Positions 37,058 to 49,190 of a stretch of DNA of 64,000 nucleotides are shown one piece after another. Numbering within the stretch: the stretch's first letter is position 1; every line of letters begins with the position of its first letter. A program made the translations under genes and the position numbers. Source of the stretch: Lama glama (lineage: Eukaryota); NCBI GenBank assembly GCA_028534125.1, contig JAPYYK010000086.1, positions 4,216,001 to 4,280,000 of the forward strand. Direction: 5' to 3'. Below the pieces are notes generated by a model. It did not search any database. It saw nothing but the letters and a program-made list of their open reading frames with translations, and was not told where the DNA came from.

Positions 37058-39448
37058 ATGAGCATTTGTGCTCCTGGCTCAACTCACTTTGAAAAATGAT
37101 CAAATTTTAAAAATACCAGTATCATGATTTCTCATTACCTTCGATCATCAAATAAAATATGAATCCTAATACCTTGAATATTAACTAGAATTCAGAGTAT
37201 AAATTAACTAGGTGCTTGTTGTAGAAGATTTGTCATGAAATGAAGGGCAATTAAAAATGAAATAGATACAAACCCTTTACCAGAATCGTACCCATAAACA
37301 AAGCTTGGGAATTTGTTGAGGTCTGGGATGACACTTGTGAAGACTCTTATTTCCCACCCAAACCAAAGTGGGTCCCCCTCAACCCCCACTCTTCTGTACT
37401 TCCTTCAGATTATTTTTCACAATTTCCTACTTATTTGCTATTTTCCTCAAGGGGTTGCTTTTAAAATGTAGTAAATTTCACAAGATTAGGGATTGCTTTT
37501 GTGTTTTTTATGCTTATATCCCCACTGCTTATAGTAGACACTCAGTAAATTTGTCGAGTAAATTTAGTTGAATTAAAAATACTTAAAAATAAACTCTGAA
37601 ATGTTAAAAAAAGAAAAAACACAATTATATGAACAGTTAAATTAGAAAAATCTCTTTGAGTGAAGTATACTGACATTTTTCAGGAAACTCAGTTGAACTG
37701 GTTTGGCTGTATCTCTGGTAGTTCCAAGAACCGCAGTGTCTGGGGCCGTGCTACAGACAGTAAATCTGCTAGCACGTGTGTGTCCGTTATTCAGTAGTAT
37801 GTCATTGGTTTTGAAAAGCCTTATTAGATTGGATGGAGTCTTTGGCAATAAACTGGAACCTTTCAGAATCAACAATCAACTGAAAGAACAGCTTGAAATT
37901 CACGTCCTGATGTTTGCCAGAACCACTGGGTTATGAAGTGACATTTGGCTACCTGATTTAGCCAGACCACTGGAAGCTTCGTAACTTGCTAACGCTTGTG
38001 GACGTCAGTGCATCGGAAGCCAAGTGCTAGGGCTCTGCCTTCTTGGATGTGAACTTAGTCATGTCACATCAGACATTCATTTTCAATCATGGAGCCACAT
38101 TTGGACTTTGCCCTCTGACAAATGCCAAGTGCTTCCTTACACACACAGCCTTATCACGCAAAACCTGCTCGAACAGCAAGGAGAAGCGGTGGGAAGGTAG
38201 GATTTGAATTGGACTCTGCAGGTTTCGTGTTCAGTTGAGTTTGTTGAGTTTAGAGAGCAATCTTGTGGGTTCCCTAAGATTCGTCAAGGGGGATCATTCG
38301 CTTTACTGAAAGTTTGAGACCCTCCCAAGATGGTTCAGAGGCATTAACCACTGTGGTAAAGTCTTAGTTGTATTAAGGGAAGAGGATGTGTTCTGGTTGG
38401 CTCGTCTTTCTCCCCTTCCCCCTCCAGTGAACCATGGAGAGAGTGTGGAAGTGGGGCTCTACCAGCTGAATTATTTTTACTTACAACAATAGGAGCCAAA
38501 ACTATAATGTGAATTAAAATCACCTGGGAAGCTAGCTAAACTATAGAGTCCCAGGTCTAGCTCCTTCTACCTCTATGGATGTGCAGGCACCAGGAATCTG
38601 GTGCTCAGAGGAGGTGCAGAACACACTTTGGGACACCTCAATTTAGTCCTGTCAGCCCTATGAGTGTGAGGACTCTGTTTTCTTCCCAAGTGTATCCCCA
38701 TCCCCAGCGCCCCTGGCACATGGTTGGTACACAGTGGGTACCTCCAGCGGCGATGATGGAGGGGTGGGCGGTGGGTGGGCGGAATGGTGGATGTCCTAGT
38801 GGATGAATATGTAGATTCTGGAACTTAAAACAGGCTGAGCAAGACTAGAAGAGAGAAGGGTCAGTTTTTCAAGGTCCAAAGATTCTTTGAATTTATCCTT
38901 AAATTTCTGATACATATGTTACATTCACCCCCTGATTTTATGTGACCTTTATTTTAAATACCATCTCCCTTTAGCAACAGAGTAACATTGTCACTTGGGA
39001 TTAAAAATGATATTTTTGTAAAATGGCAAACCATCTTGACATTTCATTACAAACCTTTTAACAAATTCTTGTTCTCATTCAAAGCTCTTCTTCCAAGTAG
39101 AACAAAGTCTCCCATCCGTGGTTTTATAAGAACAAAATGCTTCCTTGCAGTGAGAGTCCAGTCGGAAGGGCCATGGGGATGGGCGGTAAGAGGTCTGCGG
39201 GATGCGCCAGGACAGCTGGAGTCCACATGCCTTTCCTCCTCTGTCGATCATCCTGTGACTTGAGCAAGTCACGCCCCTATCTGGGCCCCAGTTTCCTCAT
39301 CAGCAGAGCGAGAGGTTTACCAAGGTGATGTCCAAGGCCCTGGCGGCTGTATGTGTTATCTTGTATCACTTCCAGACTTTGGTTTTCCCCCATGTCTCAT
39401 CTTTGGGAGCAAAAGCTAGACTTCCCTGAAGGTCTCTGTTGAGCATGC

Positions 39449-39935
39449 TGGGGGAGGCAGAATAACAGCTCCCCCAAAGATGTCTGTGTTTGATCCTCGA
39501 AGCTGGGAAGATGCTGCCTTCCATGGAAATGGGGATGTTGCGGCTGTGATTAGGTTAAGGACGCTGAGATGGGGGAGTTGGCCTGGTGGGCTCAATCTAA
39601 TCTCAAGTCCTTAACATCAGAGAACCTGTCCTGACTCATCAGAGAGAGCTATGTGATGGTGGCAGAAGCTTCAGAAAGGTCATGGGAGCTTTGAGGATGG
39701 AGGAGGGGGGCTGTGAGCCAGGGAGCATGTGCCGCCTTCAGAAGCTGGAAAAGGCAAGGTCAGAGTCTTCTCTAGTGTTTCCAGAAAGGAATGCAGCCCT
39801 GCCAACCCCCTTATTTCAGCCCAGTCAGACGCGAATTGGACTTCTGACTTGCAGAGCTGAAAAATAGTAAGTGTAAATTGTTTAAGCTGCCACATTCGTG
39901 ACAACGTATTATGGCAGCAATAGGAAATTAACAAA
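39449..39935 (+). mobile_element. MLT1D-like solo LTR
   Basis: ggcagaataacagctcccccaaagatgtc...agaagctggaaaaggcaagg...ggacttctgacttgcagagctg...ggcagcaataggaaattaac. Confidence 0.85.
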
Positions 39936-42900
39936 TATGCCCTAAGAATGCAAGCACTATTCAGGAATCTGGCACTTTCCAAAACCCATTAAGTGGGCAA
40001 ACCAGGGCCTCTTGGTGGGGAGGGGAGGGGGTTTATGAGGTTCATTTGGCCTGGGCCTCAAACTCATCAAGGGCCTCAAATTTAGACTTTTTTGACCTTG
40101 ATCTCCCAACAACTCCTTTGAAATATGTGTGTATACGTATATGTGCATGTATATATACACACATATATTCAGGCAGAATTAATTTTTCAGCACCCCCAGG
40201 AAAACCACTGAATGGTCTAAAAGCAAAAACATACTTGGTAACTGAGAAGAAACGCCACAGAGGCTACGTCCCTTGCAGTGAGGGCGCCCAGTGTAAACAG
40301 TAAGAGGCCCCCCGAGGCAAGTCTGTCTCGTGTGGCTCTGAATCACAAAGGTGTTGAGTCTGGGTTTGAGAAACATGGAAGCCGAAGTAGCGCCAGGATA
40401 CAGGGGAAATTATAGAGCCGAAGGGCCCTTCACAGACTCCCAGGCCGCCTCATTCATGCCGCAGGTAACTGAACTGAGACTCAGGAAAGCAGGGGCTTGT
40501 CCCAAAACGAAGCCTGGAGTTTGCTTTCTGCTACAGCAGAGGTTCTTACTGAAAAGAAAGCAGGGCTGGAAAGGAAACTTCTAGCCCAGTATCGCAGAGT
40601 CTGCGTGGCCTGAGCCTCCCTCACAAATCGACCGGTCACATCACGTCTCGAGGTCTTGCTGCCCAAACCAGGAAACTGACCCCGGTTTCAGGAGGCAGCT
40701 GGTGGCGGAGGAGGCAGCCAGGATGTCAGAACCGACACTCACCCAAGCAATCAGCTCGCGCTGGCCAGAGACGGGCACACACATCTCAAAATAATACACA
40801 GAATCTCTACTCTAAGGTGGTCTACGGTCCACTTTGGACTAAATTATCTGGAAATCTTGGGTGTTGTCACTAGTTTGTTTGAGCCCTTAGCAGACATTAA
40901 TGAGCACCGTCTGGAATATTAGAGCAGGAGGAAACCGCAGGGGCAAGTGGCTTATCCCTCCAACCACACAAATGGAGACGGGCCCCGGCGGTGAAGGGCT
41001 GCATCCTCGTGGCAGACGCAGCCTTCCAGCCCCGTCCGTCATGTCCCAGGCGCTGCTCCTCCTGACTGCTCACCGGAACGTAGACGATGCTCTCTTGCGA
41101 GTGAAGACCCGCAAGGCATCGTGAAACATATTTCCAGTCTCAGCCCAGGTACTACCCTTGGCCTAACTGTCAGTCTGAAAATTGTGCCTCCTGAGGTCAG
41201 AATTCATGTGCTCTGATAGAGGGAGAATCCCAACTCTTTGGTGAATAAATAAGTGGTGACACTCCACTCCTAGGCCGAGGACAGTTTCTTCAAGAAGATT
41301 GGAATGGAAAGCCCTAATTATTCACCAGTGACTGACACCCTGATCACCCCAGTGTTTGGGGAAAACCACAGACTTCTCACTCTCCTTTCATCCAAGTAAC
41401 AGCATTTTAACAAACTATGAGTCCTTACCCAGATGCTCAGCGTAATATATTTAACATTAGGTACGATGTCCATCCAGAGCCAGTAGATAAACTTGAATTT
41501 GATGCCGAACCTAATTTCAAGATATTACTCAAATACTTCAAACCCTGGGCTTCTGCTAGGGCAGTTGCTCAGGTCTTTATTCCTGATTTCTCTGCATTCA
41601 GTCTCTTCCATTCAAAATGCTTAGCTGTCAAGTGCTACTGTTTTAGGAAAATTGATTTTACTGTTACTGCCTGAGGGACAAGGGGAATCTCAGATCAGGG
41701 TGTCTGCATACTGCTGGGATGCTTGATAGATGTCCCCTTGTTAGTTTCAGATCACGTCCTAGAGATGAAACGCACAAGTAAGAAAAGTCGTGCTCCGTGA
41801 GCACCCTTCGTGGACTATCCATTTGCCAAGATTGATAACGCCATAAAATACTCTTAACTTTGAAAGTGTGAGTAATAAAATGTAATCTTTCTCTGATAGG
41901 TCTGAATGCACTTTAAAATTAGGCAGTGCCTTGGAGTCATTGCAAGGAATACTACTTTTTATAGATCATGGACCCATATAACTTTGGAAGTGAAAGGGTC
42001 TTAGTGTCACTCAGTTGAGGGTTGATAACTAGGTTTTGTGTAGTTGCCAAGTACAACCGATTGGCACGGCTCTGATGTGACACGCTGAGGAGTCTTTGGT
42101 TACTCAGGCTCGTTCGATGAGTGTAATGTGATCGATTAGCAATGTCTGCCTTGGGCGGGAGGAAGGAGTAATTACTGGCAGGGTGCATGTCTGCTATCCT
42201 TAACAATTTCAGCCTCTTCATTTTAAAGATGAACAGCCTAAGATCAAGCAAGTTCAGAGGATTGTCCACAATCTACCTGCTGGTCTGTGGTTGAGCAGAA
42301 CTGGCCACTATTGTTTCTATCATAGCATGCTACTCTGTAATATGAACTCACAACTTCTAGAAAGTAAGAAATCATATAGCAGTTTCTTGGGTATCTGAAA
42401 ACTTCGGCAGGAAAAAAAGACAAAGCAGAAAATATATTTGGGTGGTGATGTACATTACATGGGAAATTGGTGACAATTCATTGAATAGTTCAAAAGAATT
42501 TGAAGTTAATTTTTCAATAAGGCACCATGTAGTTTAAACTATAAAGAGTCTTTCAAAATTCATTTCTATATACTCAATAAATATGTTTAGATGTCTTCTC
42601 TATGCAAGCAACTGTATTAGAGATAAAAATAGTAATCAGATACTCTAGGCAAAAGTCTCCCAGCATCCATTCAACAGATGTTTCCTGAGCCCTTGCTTAA
42701 GTCAGACAAATGTACTCAGTCCTGGAGATTCACAACCAAGTAAAACTCTGCCTTAAAGAGTTGTTCTCGTAGTAGGCAGTGTCTGGCACCATGACTAATG
42801 GTTAAAGCAACTTTATTTTGTCTTCTAGATCTTCAGGGGATTCAGGAGAAGTCCAAGATAGAAACAGTGCTCTAAAGAAAGATAAAGTGTAACACGGGAG

Positions 42901-42969
42901 AAGCTGGTAATTTTTCAAAACAAATACCCAGTGAAGATGAGAAAGTTCCGGCTTTAAATAATATAAATC

Positions 42970-43790
42970 TTTTTACTGATGTATAGTGAACATCATAAAT
43001 CAAAATGCACAGCTCATTGGATTAACATGCAATGAACAGAGTGTTCTTGAAACCATCACCCAGGTCAAGAAATAGAACGTTGTCCACACAGAAACCCCTC
43101 TGCCCTTCTTCCAGTCAGCACCCCTCACATCAGCCCCAAGGATGACAATCTCCTGATGTCCAGCACCGGGCTGGCTTTTCGGTTTTTGAATTTTATATTG
43201 ATGGGATCACAGTGCATTCATCGCTTTACATCTGGCTTCTTTCGCTCCACAGTAGTTTTGCTGGAATTATTCATGCTCTGTGTAGCAATAGTGCATCATT
43301 TCTGTTACTGTGTAGTATCACCCTAGATAAATACACTTTAGTTTCTTTATCGACTCTATCACTGGAGGGTATCTGTGGTGCTTCCAGATTGAAATTATTG
43401 CAGAAGATATTTCTATGAACGTTCTCGTATATGCATGTCTACGGGGGGATGGCCCTAGGGTGTAATTGCTGGGTCATACGTGTGAGCGTTAGGTAAGTAC
43501 TTCCAAAGAGTTTTCCAAAATGGCTCGAACCAATTTCTGTTCATACCTGTTGTGTTGGAGAGTTCCCACTGTTCCACATCCGCTCCAAGATTTGGTATTG
43601 TCAGTACACTTAACAGTAATCGGTCTAGTCGGTATCTCGGAGTTTTAATTTGTATTTTCCTCAACTACAAAGAAAGCTGAACACAATCTCATGTTTTGGG
43701 ACATTCAGATATCCTCTTTTGTGATGTACATGTTCAAACATTTTGCTCATTTTTCTTCTGGATTGTCTTTTTTTTTTTTTTTAATTTTCA
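42970..43790 (-). mobile_element. Old L1 (L1ME/L1MD-type) 3' region
   Basis: accatcacccaggtcaagaaatagaac...ctggcttctttcgctc...aattgctgggtcat...gagagttcccactgttccacatc...ttttaatttgtatttt. Confidence 0.75.
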
Positions 43791-44479
43791 CAAGGTCTTT
43801 GGTAAATTGACTTATATTCCAAGTAAGAAGACACCACAGAGAGTTTCTCATAAGGTCTAGTCAAGGAGAGACCTTCCGACCACCCTAATTTACTTAGAAG
43901 GAGAGAATGTAAGACAAAGAATTAGTAGCTAGATAGAAAACTGTTCTCTCTGTAACTGAATAGGCCAAAAGAAACCAGTGAGGTCTCACAGAAGTAGCAA
44001 TTGCAGGAGACAGCTCCCCCCAAATGCCCCCCAGGACTGGAGGAGGTAAGGGCAACGCTGACATTATTAAACTCAGAAGCCCAGGGAAGGGGCTTCGGCT
44101 CAGCCTGCCGAGCAGGAATTTGGTTGTCTGAGGAGGAGGTGCTGGGTCTCCCAAGAGGGGCGCAGTAAGGCTCCTCTTGCAGGTGCTGGGAGAGCTACAA
44201 GCTGGGTTTGATTACTGCTGGGGGAACAAACCGACACTGTCGCCATGAAGTGCTTGGCAGTGGGAACAAGCAGCAGGCGGGAAGGTGCTCGCCACCCCCC
44301 ACCAGCCTTGCAGTGTCTGGCCCCATCGTCACAAAGCCAGATAGAGGAGCGTGGGGTTAGAGCTGAGGGAGGAGAGCATAACGCCCAGCGAGAGCACACA
44401 AAGGCCAAGCAAAGAGGGGGGAAGGTACACCCAGCAAGGGGGTGGATCTGGGCTTGAGATGAGTCGCGGTTAAAAACAG

Positions 44480-44725
44480 CTAACCTGGAGCAGTGAAAGT
44501 CACTAGGCTGAGCGCCTGCTTACCACGTGCCCGCTTGTGAGGCTTCGCCAGAGAATTGCACCTCATCTCACAGCCCAGCGTTAGGACGATCACCCTCCCT
44601 CTTCCCACTGAAAAGAGAAAATAAAGGCCAGAGAATTGGAGTCACCTGCCCCAGGTCACAGAGCCAGGAGGTGCCCGGACAGAGCAGAGAGCAATTCAGA
44701 TCAATCGAATTCACTTTCTCTTCAT
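44480..44725 (-). mobile_element. MIR SINE
   Basis: gagcgcctgcttaccacgtgcc...gtcacctgccccaggtcacagagccagga. Confidence 0.55.
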
Positions 44726-46369
44726 ACTCAAATCCGAAAATAAAGAGGATTTACTGTAAAGCTATAGAGGATTATGGTAAAGGAGATGTGAAAATTAATA
44801 GCAGGTCTCCTGACTTCGGGGAACTTCTATAGTAATCAATGTTTTCTGGTATATTTGCTCATAAGAAATCTGGCAGATGGCCTCAATATCTTTCCTTCTT
44901 TACCTTTTGTAAATTCTGTCTCTTCTCTTAGGAATCCTTGTCACGTGGTGGAAAACCAGATTCTGTTGATGGGTTTGAAGTGACATTGACTGACTGTTAC
45001 TTTGATTTCTGTCCTTTGTTCTCAGGATGGTAACTGTCTTCGGGTGAGGACGGTCCTGCTCTGCCTTCTCGAGGATCAAAACCTGGGCTCCAGCTGCCCT
45101 CAGAGCCGTAACCAGGAGGAAAACTCTCTGGTTTCTTCCTTGTCCGGTGGGATTGTTCAGATGCAACTGAAGCACCTGCAGACACAAGGACTTCCCGTTC
45201 CTCACAGTGGACGCTACCTGGACACGCGGATCTGCCTGAGGTTTGGAGAAAATGTAAGACCCTGTTCATTCATTAATTCTCAGGCTGAAGTGTACGTTGA
45301 GTTAAAAGTCTGACTTCCTTTAAAAGATGAACCTGCGTGGCAGTCTTGTGGAATTAGAGGGGGGAGCTCTGCATCTCTGGGCAGCCGCTGGCTCTCAGGC
45401 TCTGTGTCATTTACTCCCACTGCCGCCTAATCCGTGTCTCCCTGCCCCTGGGTTCACCTATCCTCCGCCTGGCCACCATATGCTCACTGCCGAATGCAAA
45501 CCTGGTGACAAGACGCCTTGCTTTGGGGAAGGTGATCATTCTGAGCGTGGTCCTCCGTACAGCCTCACCTCAGCCACTTTTGCCTTCCCGCTCTGATCTC
45601 CTGCTCCCTGGTTCCCCGCTGCCTCAGGGCTCTCGCATATGCTGTTCCTGCTATGCTACACCCTCCCCCACATACACCTCCTTCTCGTCCTGTCTTTGAC
45701 TCTTACTCACAATCCTTCAGGCAGCATTTCCTGATCCCCAGACAGGCCGGCTTCTCCAGTCACAAGAGCACAGCTCCTCAGACTTCTCCAGTCTAGCATT
45801 TGTCATTCATGACATGTGCTCGCCTGTCTGTCTGATCCATGTCTGCCCTGTTTTTCCCTCCGGAATGTAGCTTCTAGGGGAGCAGGAGCAGGCCTGTTCC
45901 ATTCACCATTGTGGGTCCTCAACAACTAACAGTCCGCTGGAACGTGACGACCGCTTGATAACGATGTCACGAAGGGGAAAGTAACGTCCATGAGCACAGC
46001 TGGTGGGGGGCGGTGAGCAGCCTCTTCATCCCCGTTCTGCTCTGGCTTTCCCTCCTCTCCCCGGAGGCCAGTGCCAGTGTCTTCTCAGTCCAGGTGCCCT
46101 CGGTGAGTTCTCTCTCCGGGCAGGCTGTAGCTTGATGTCCCTTGGCTGTCACAGCAGCCACACAAGGTCGTGGGGGCCACTGCACAGGAAGTCCCATTGG
46201 GAAGTTCTAAGGTGGGGCCCAGGGGTCTGCATTTCACAAGCACCCCAGGAGCCCCGGGCTCGCCTGGAAAACACGGCCGCAGCCGAACACCCCACTCCAT
46301 CCGCACCCAACCGCCCTGACCTCAGAAGCCTCTTCCCCACCTCAGGCCTCTGTCTGCGACATCCTGCCC

Positions 46370-46815
46370 AGTACTAGCTTCCTTTCCCCGCTGTCATGAA
46401 CTGCCATAAACTCGGCACCTTACAGGACAGAAATTTATTGTCTTACTGCCCTGAAGTCAGAAGTCCAAAAGCAGTCTTAAGTGAGCTAAAGTCCAGGTGC
46501 TGGAAAAGCTATGTTCTCCCTGGGGGCACCCCAGGGAGACTCGTTTCCTCGCCTTTTCCCGCTTCTGGAGGCCGCTGAGGCTCTCTGCACCGCTGCTCCT
46601 GTCACCACACTCCTCCTCTGACGCTGACCCTCCTGCCTCCTTCTCACAGGTCCCTAGCGATGGTACTGAGTCACCCAGATGGTCGAGGATAATCTTCCAT
46701 CTCAGGATCCTTAATGTAACATGCCTGCGAAGTCCCTTGTTCTGCATGAGGTGACACAGTCCCAGGTTCCAGGGACTGGGTTGTGGACATCTTTGGGGGA
46801 CCAGTATCGCACCAA
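46370..46815 (-). mobile_element. MLT1 (C/D-like) solo LTR
   Basis: tactagcttcc...acagaaatttattgtctta...gtcagaagtccaaaa...ggataatcttccatctcaggatccttaa...cccaggttccagggact..tgtggacatctttgggg. Confidence 0.85.
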
Positions 46816-48979
46816 GCACATGCCCTGGTCCCCACCCCCGCGTTCTTCCGTCCCCGCCATTTCCAAGGACTGCGTGCCCCTCGACTGCCTGCTGAGCTCC
46901 CGCCGCACTGCGCGCCCCGCCTGCCGTCCGTGTCTCTCCTTGTCTTCCACTCCAGTGATTATGTTCTTTTTGGAGACAGACTGGTCTGAATCTGAAGTCC
47001 CAGCTCTGCTAGTTCCACGCTGTGCAAGCTTGATAACCAAACTTCCACTCTCTGCTTCCTTTCTAGTGGGTCTGCAGATGCCTACTTGCGGAGCAGCAGG
47101 GAGGGCTGACTGGAGTGCTGGACGGAAAGTCCCTCTCCCAGGGCTGGGTAGGTGGAAAGCATTCAGCTGAGGTGGGTTATTGCAATCCTTATCTTCAACG
47201 TCTCCCCCTTTCTCATGTCCTAACTTGGGGTCTGGGGGTCTACACTGGATTCTCTCTGTAAGTCATCACTTGAGCAGCACCATACAAGGACTGGGGAGGC
47301 AGAGGCTGGACTCTTCTGTCTGTCACGTCCTTTTCCAAGTTGAAATTAGTCCAACAATTATTTATCGGCCCCATCCCAGCACTGGGCTCTGCGCGGAGCA
47401 TATGAAAGGGAGTGAGGCATGGTCTCTGTCCTCAGCAGACGCTCTACAGACAATGTAACAAAAAAAAGTAAATAAATAAAATTTCAACATAAAATGGCAA
47501 ATGCCACAGTTGCTTGTTCAAATCAGGAGAGATGTTTGGATGAAGGGACCCTTGAGCTGAGTGAGTTAGGAAATACTTTTGCAGGAAAAGGGTTATGGCT
47601 TTTTGAATGCATGGATTACATCACTGCCCAAGGCATTGGGCCAAACCGTCATCAGCAAGATTTATGCTTGAGTGTTTCAGGAAAATAAGAGCTTCACAGC
47701 TCTGTTCTTTTAAGCCCAAGCCTGGCACAGGGAGCGCTTGCGGTGGGGGCCTGGATAATCCCGGGGTGCCCTGCTTTTCCAGGGACAGGTCTGACATAAA
47801 TTTAAAGCAATGCAGTCAGTCCACTTGACTGGAGTATGGTGGCTGCCTGAGCATCCTGGCCAGCACAGAGGGGCTCCTGCCAGCGGGTAGCAACCTTGTG
47901 ATGAAGCACAAGAGACAGCAGGCTGGCTCCCTGGCTTCCTGGGTCTCGGCTCGTTATTGCCTCCACCCATCCCCTCCGGTCTGGCTTCCTGGAGCAGAAG
48001 AACCCCGAGATGGCTGAACCTGGAGTGAACAAGGTGACGGTAAAGTCGCTGAAAATGCCTCATTCGGCCAACATCACAATCAACAAAAGCAAATCCCAGC
48101 ATCATTTCTCAGCTGCGTTAATTCATGCAACAGTACGAGCAACAGTCTAGGACCGAGACCCGCTGAGACGGCCCGGGTGCGGTGCGTGTAAGGCAGCACC
48201 TCCCCGAAAGCCATGGGAATCCCTTCACCTCACGCTTGTATGTTCTCAGTAGAAGCTTTGCAGTGTTTCCAAGGCACTGGGTGGTGGCCACAGTTCTTAA
48301 TAGAATATAAAATTAAAGTCTTTAGCAAACCCTAATAACACCCTAATTTCAGTCGATGAAAACCAAGTTTCAGTTACCCATGTTTTTTAACTTTATTAGT
48401 AAATAGTCCTTAGTTGTGCATCAAAATGAACATCTACAGGTTTGGGTCTTCTGTCTCCAAAGACAAGACGTACATCCTGGGATACATTTATAACCCATCT
48501 GGGAAGACTCCTGTAGCCTGCAGTGGACTCAGGGCCGCACCGTAGGAAACTCTGCTCTAGTGAAACCAGCATCCGTTGCTCTTCTCCCAGCCCCGTGGAT
48601 TGGCTTCTCATGTTTTCTGTCTTGGGCGGAGCTGAGGAGTGTCCAGCAGGGCTGAGAGAAGCAGGAACAGGGCTGCAGATCTCTAGCAGGACCAGAAATC
48701 AGAAGTGTATCCAGGCAGTGGAAAGACAAAGGTTAAGGAGCACACTGTGAGCTAAGATCTGAATTCACAGAGTCACAGAAAATGAAAGGTGATTGGGACC
48801 TAGAAAATCTTTCAGCCTGAACCTCCCAGTTCATAGGGAGACAGTGACTGGAGATCTTAAGAAGTAGGCGTGATGGCCCCCCCCTCTCACGGTGGCCGTC
48901 AGCTCAGCGAAAGGATGTGTGCAAAGCAGGCAGCTCGGCTTAGCGTGTGAGTGACAGAAGCAGAACTCAGCCCCCCAGT

Positions 48980-49190
48980 TTAGAGGAAGTGCTCTGCCGG
49001 GCAGCGCAGGCGCACGGGAGACTCAGCGCAGCGACGGCGATCTCGGGAGCGCGACTGCGCCTCGCGCTGGTCCGCGCGGAGGGGTTTCGTATGTGTCCGT
49101 TTGGGCGGCAGTGACCTCAAGCCCGGCGTCTGACTCCAGCCAGTCAAGGGGCCGTTCTGTGCCCCTGTCCCGCGGCAGGGGCCTCTGGGT
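48980..49190. promoter_or_regulatory. Orphan CpG-rich patch with ETS/PU.1-like and NRF1-like motifs (candidate distal element)
   Basis: Dense CpGs; AGAGGAAGTG at 48982-48991 and GCGCAGGCGCA at 49004-49014. Confidence 0.4.
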
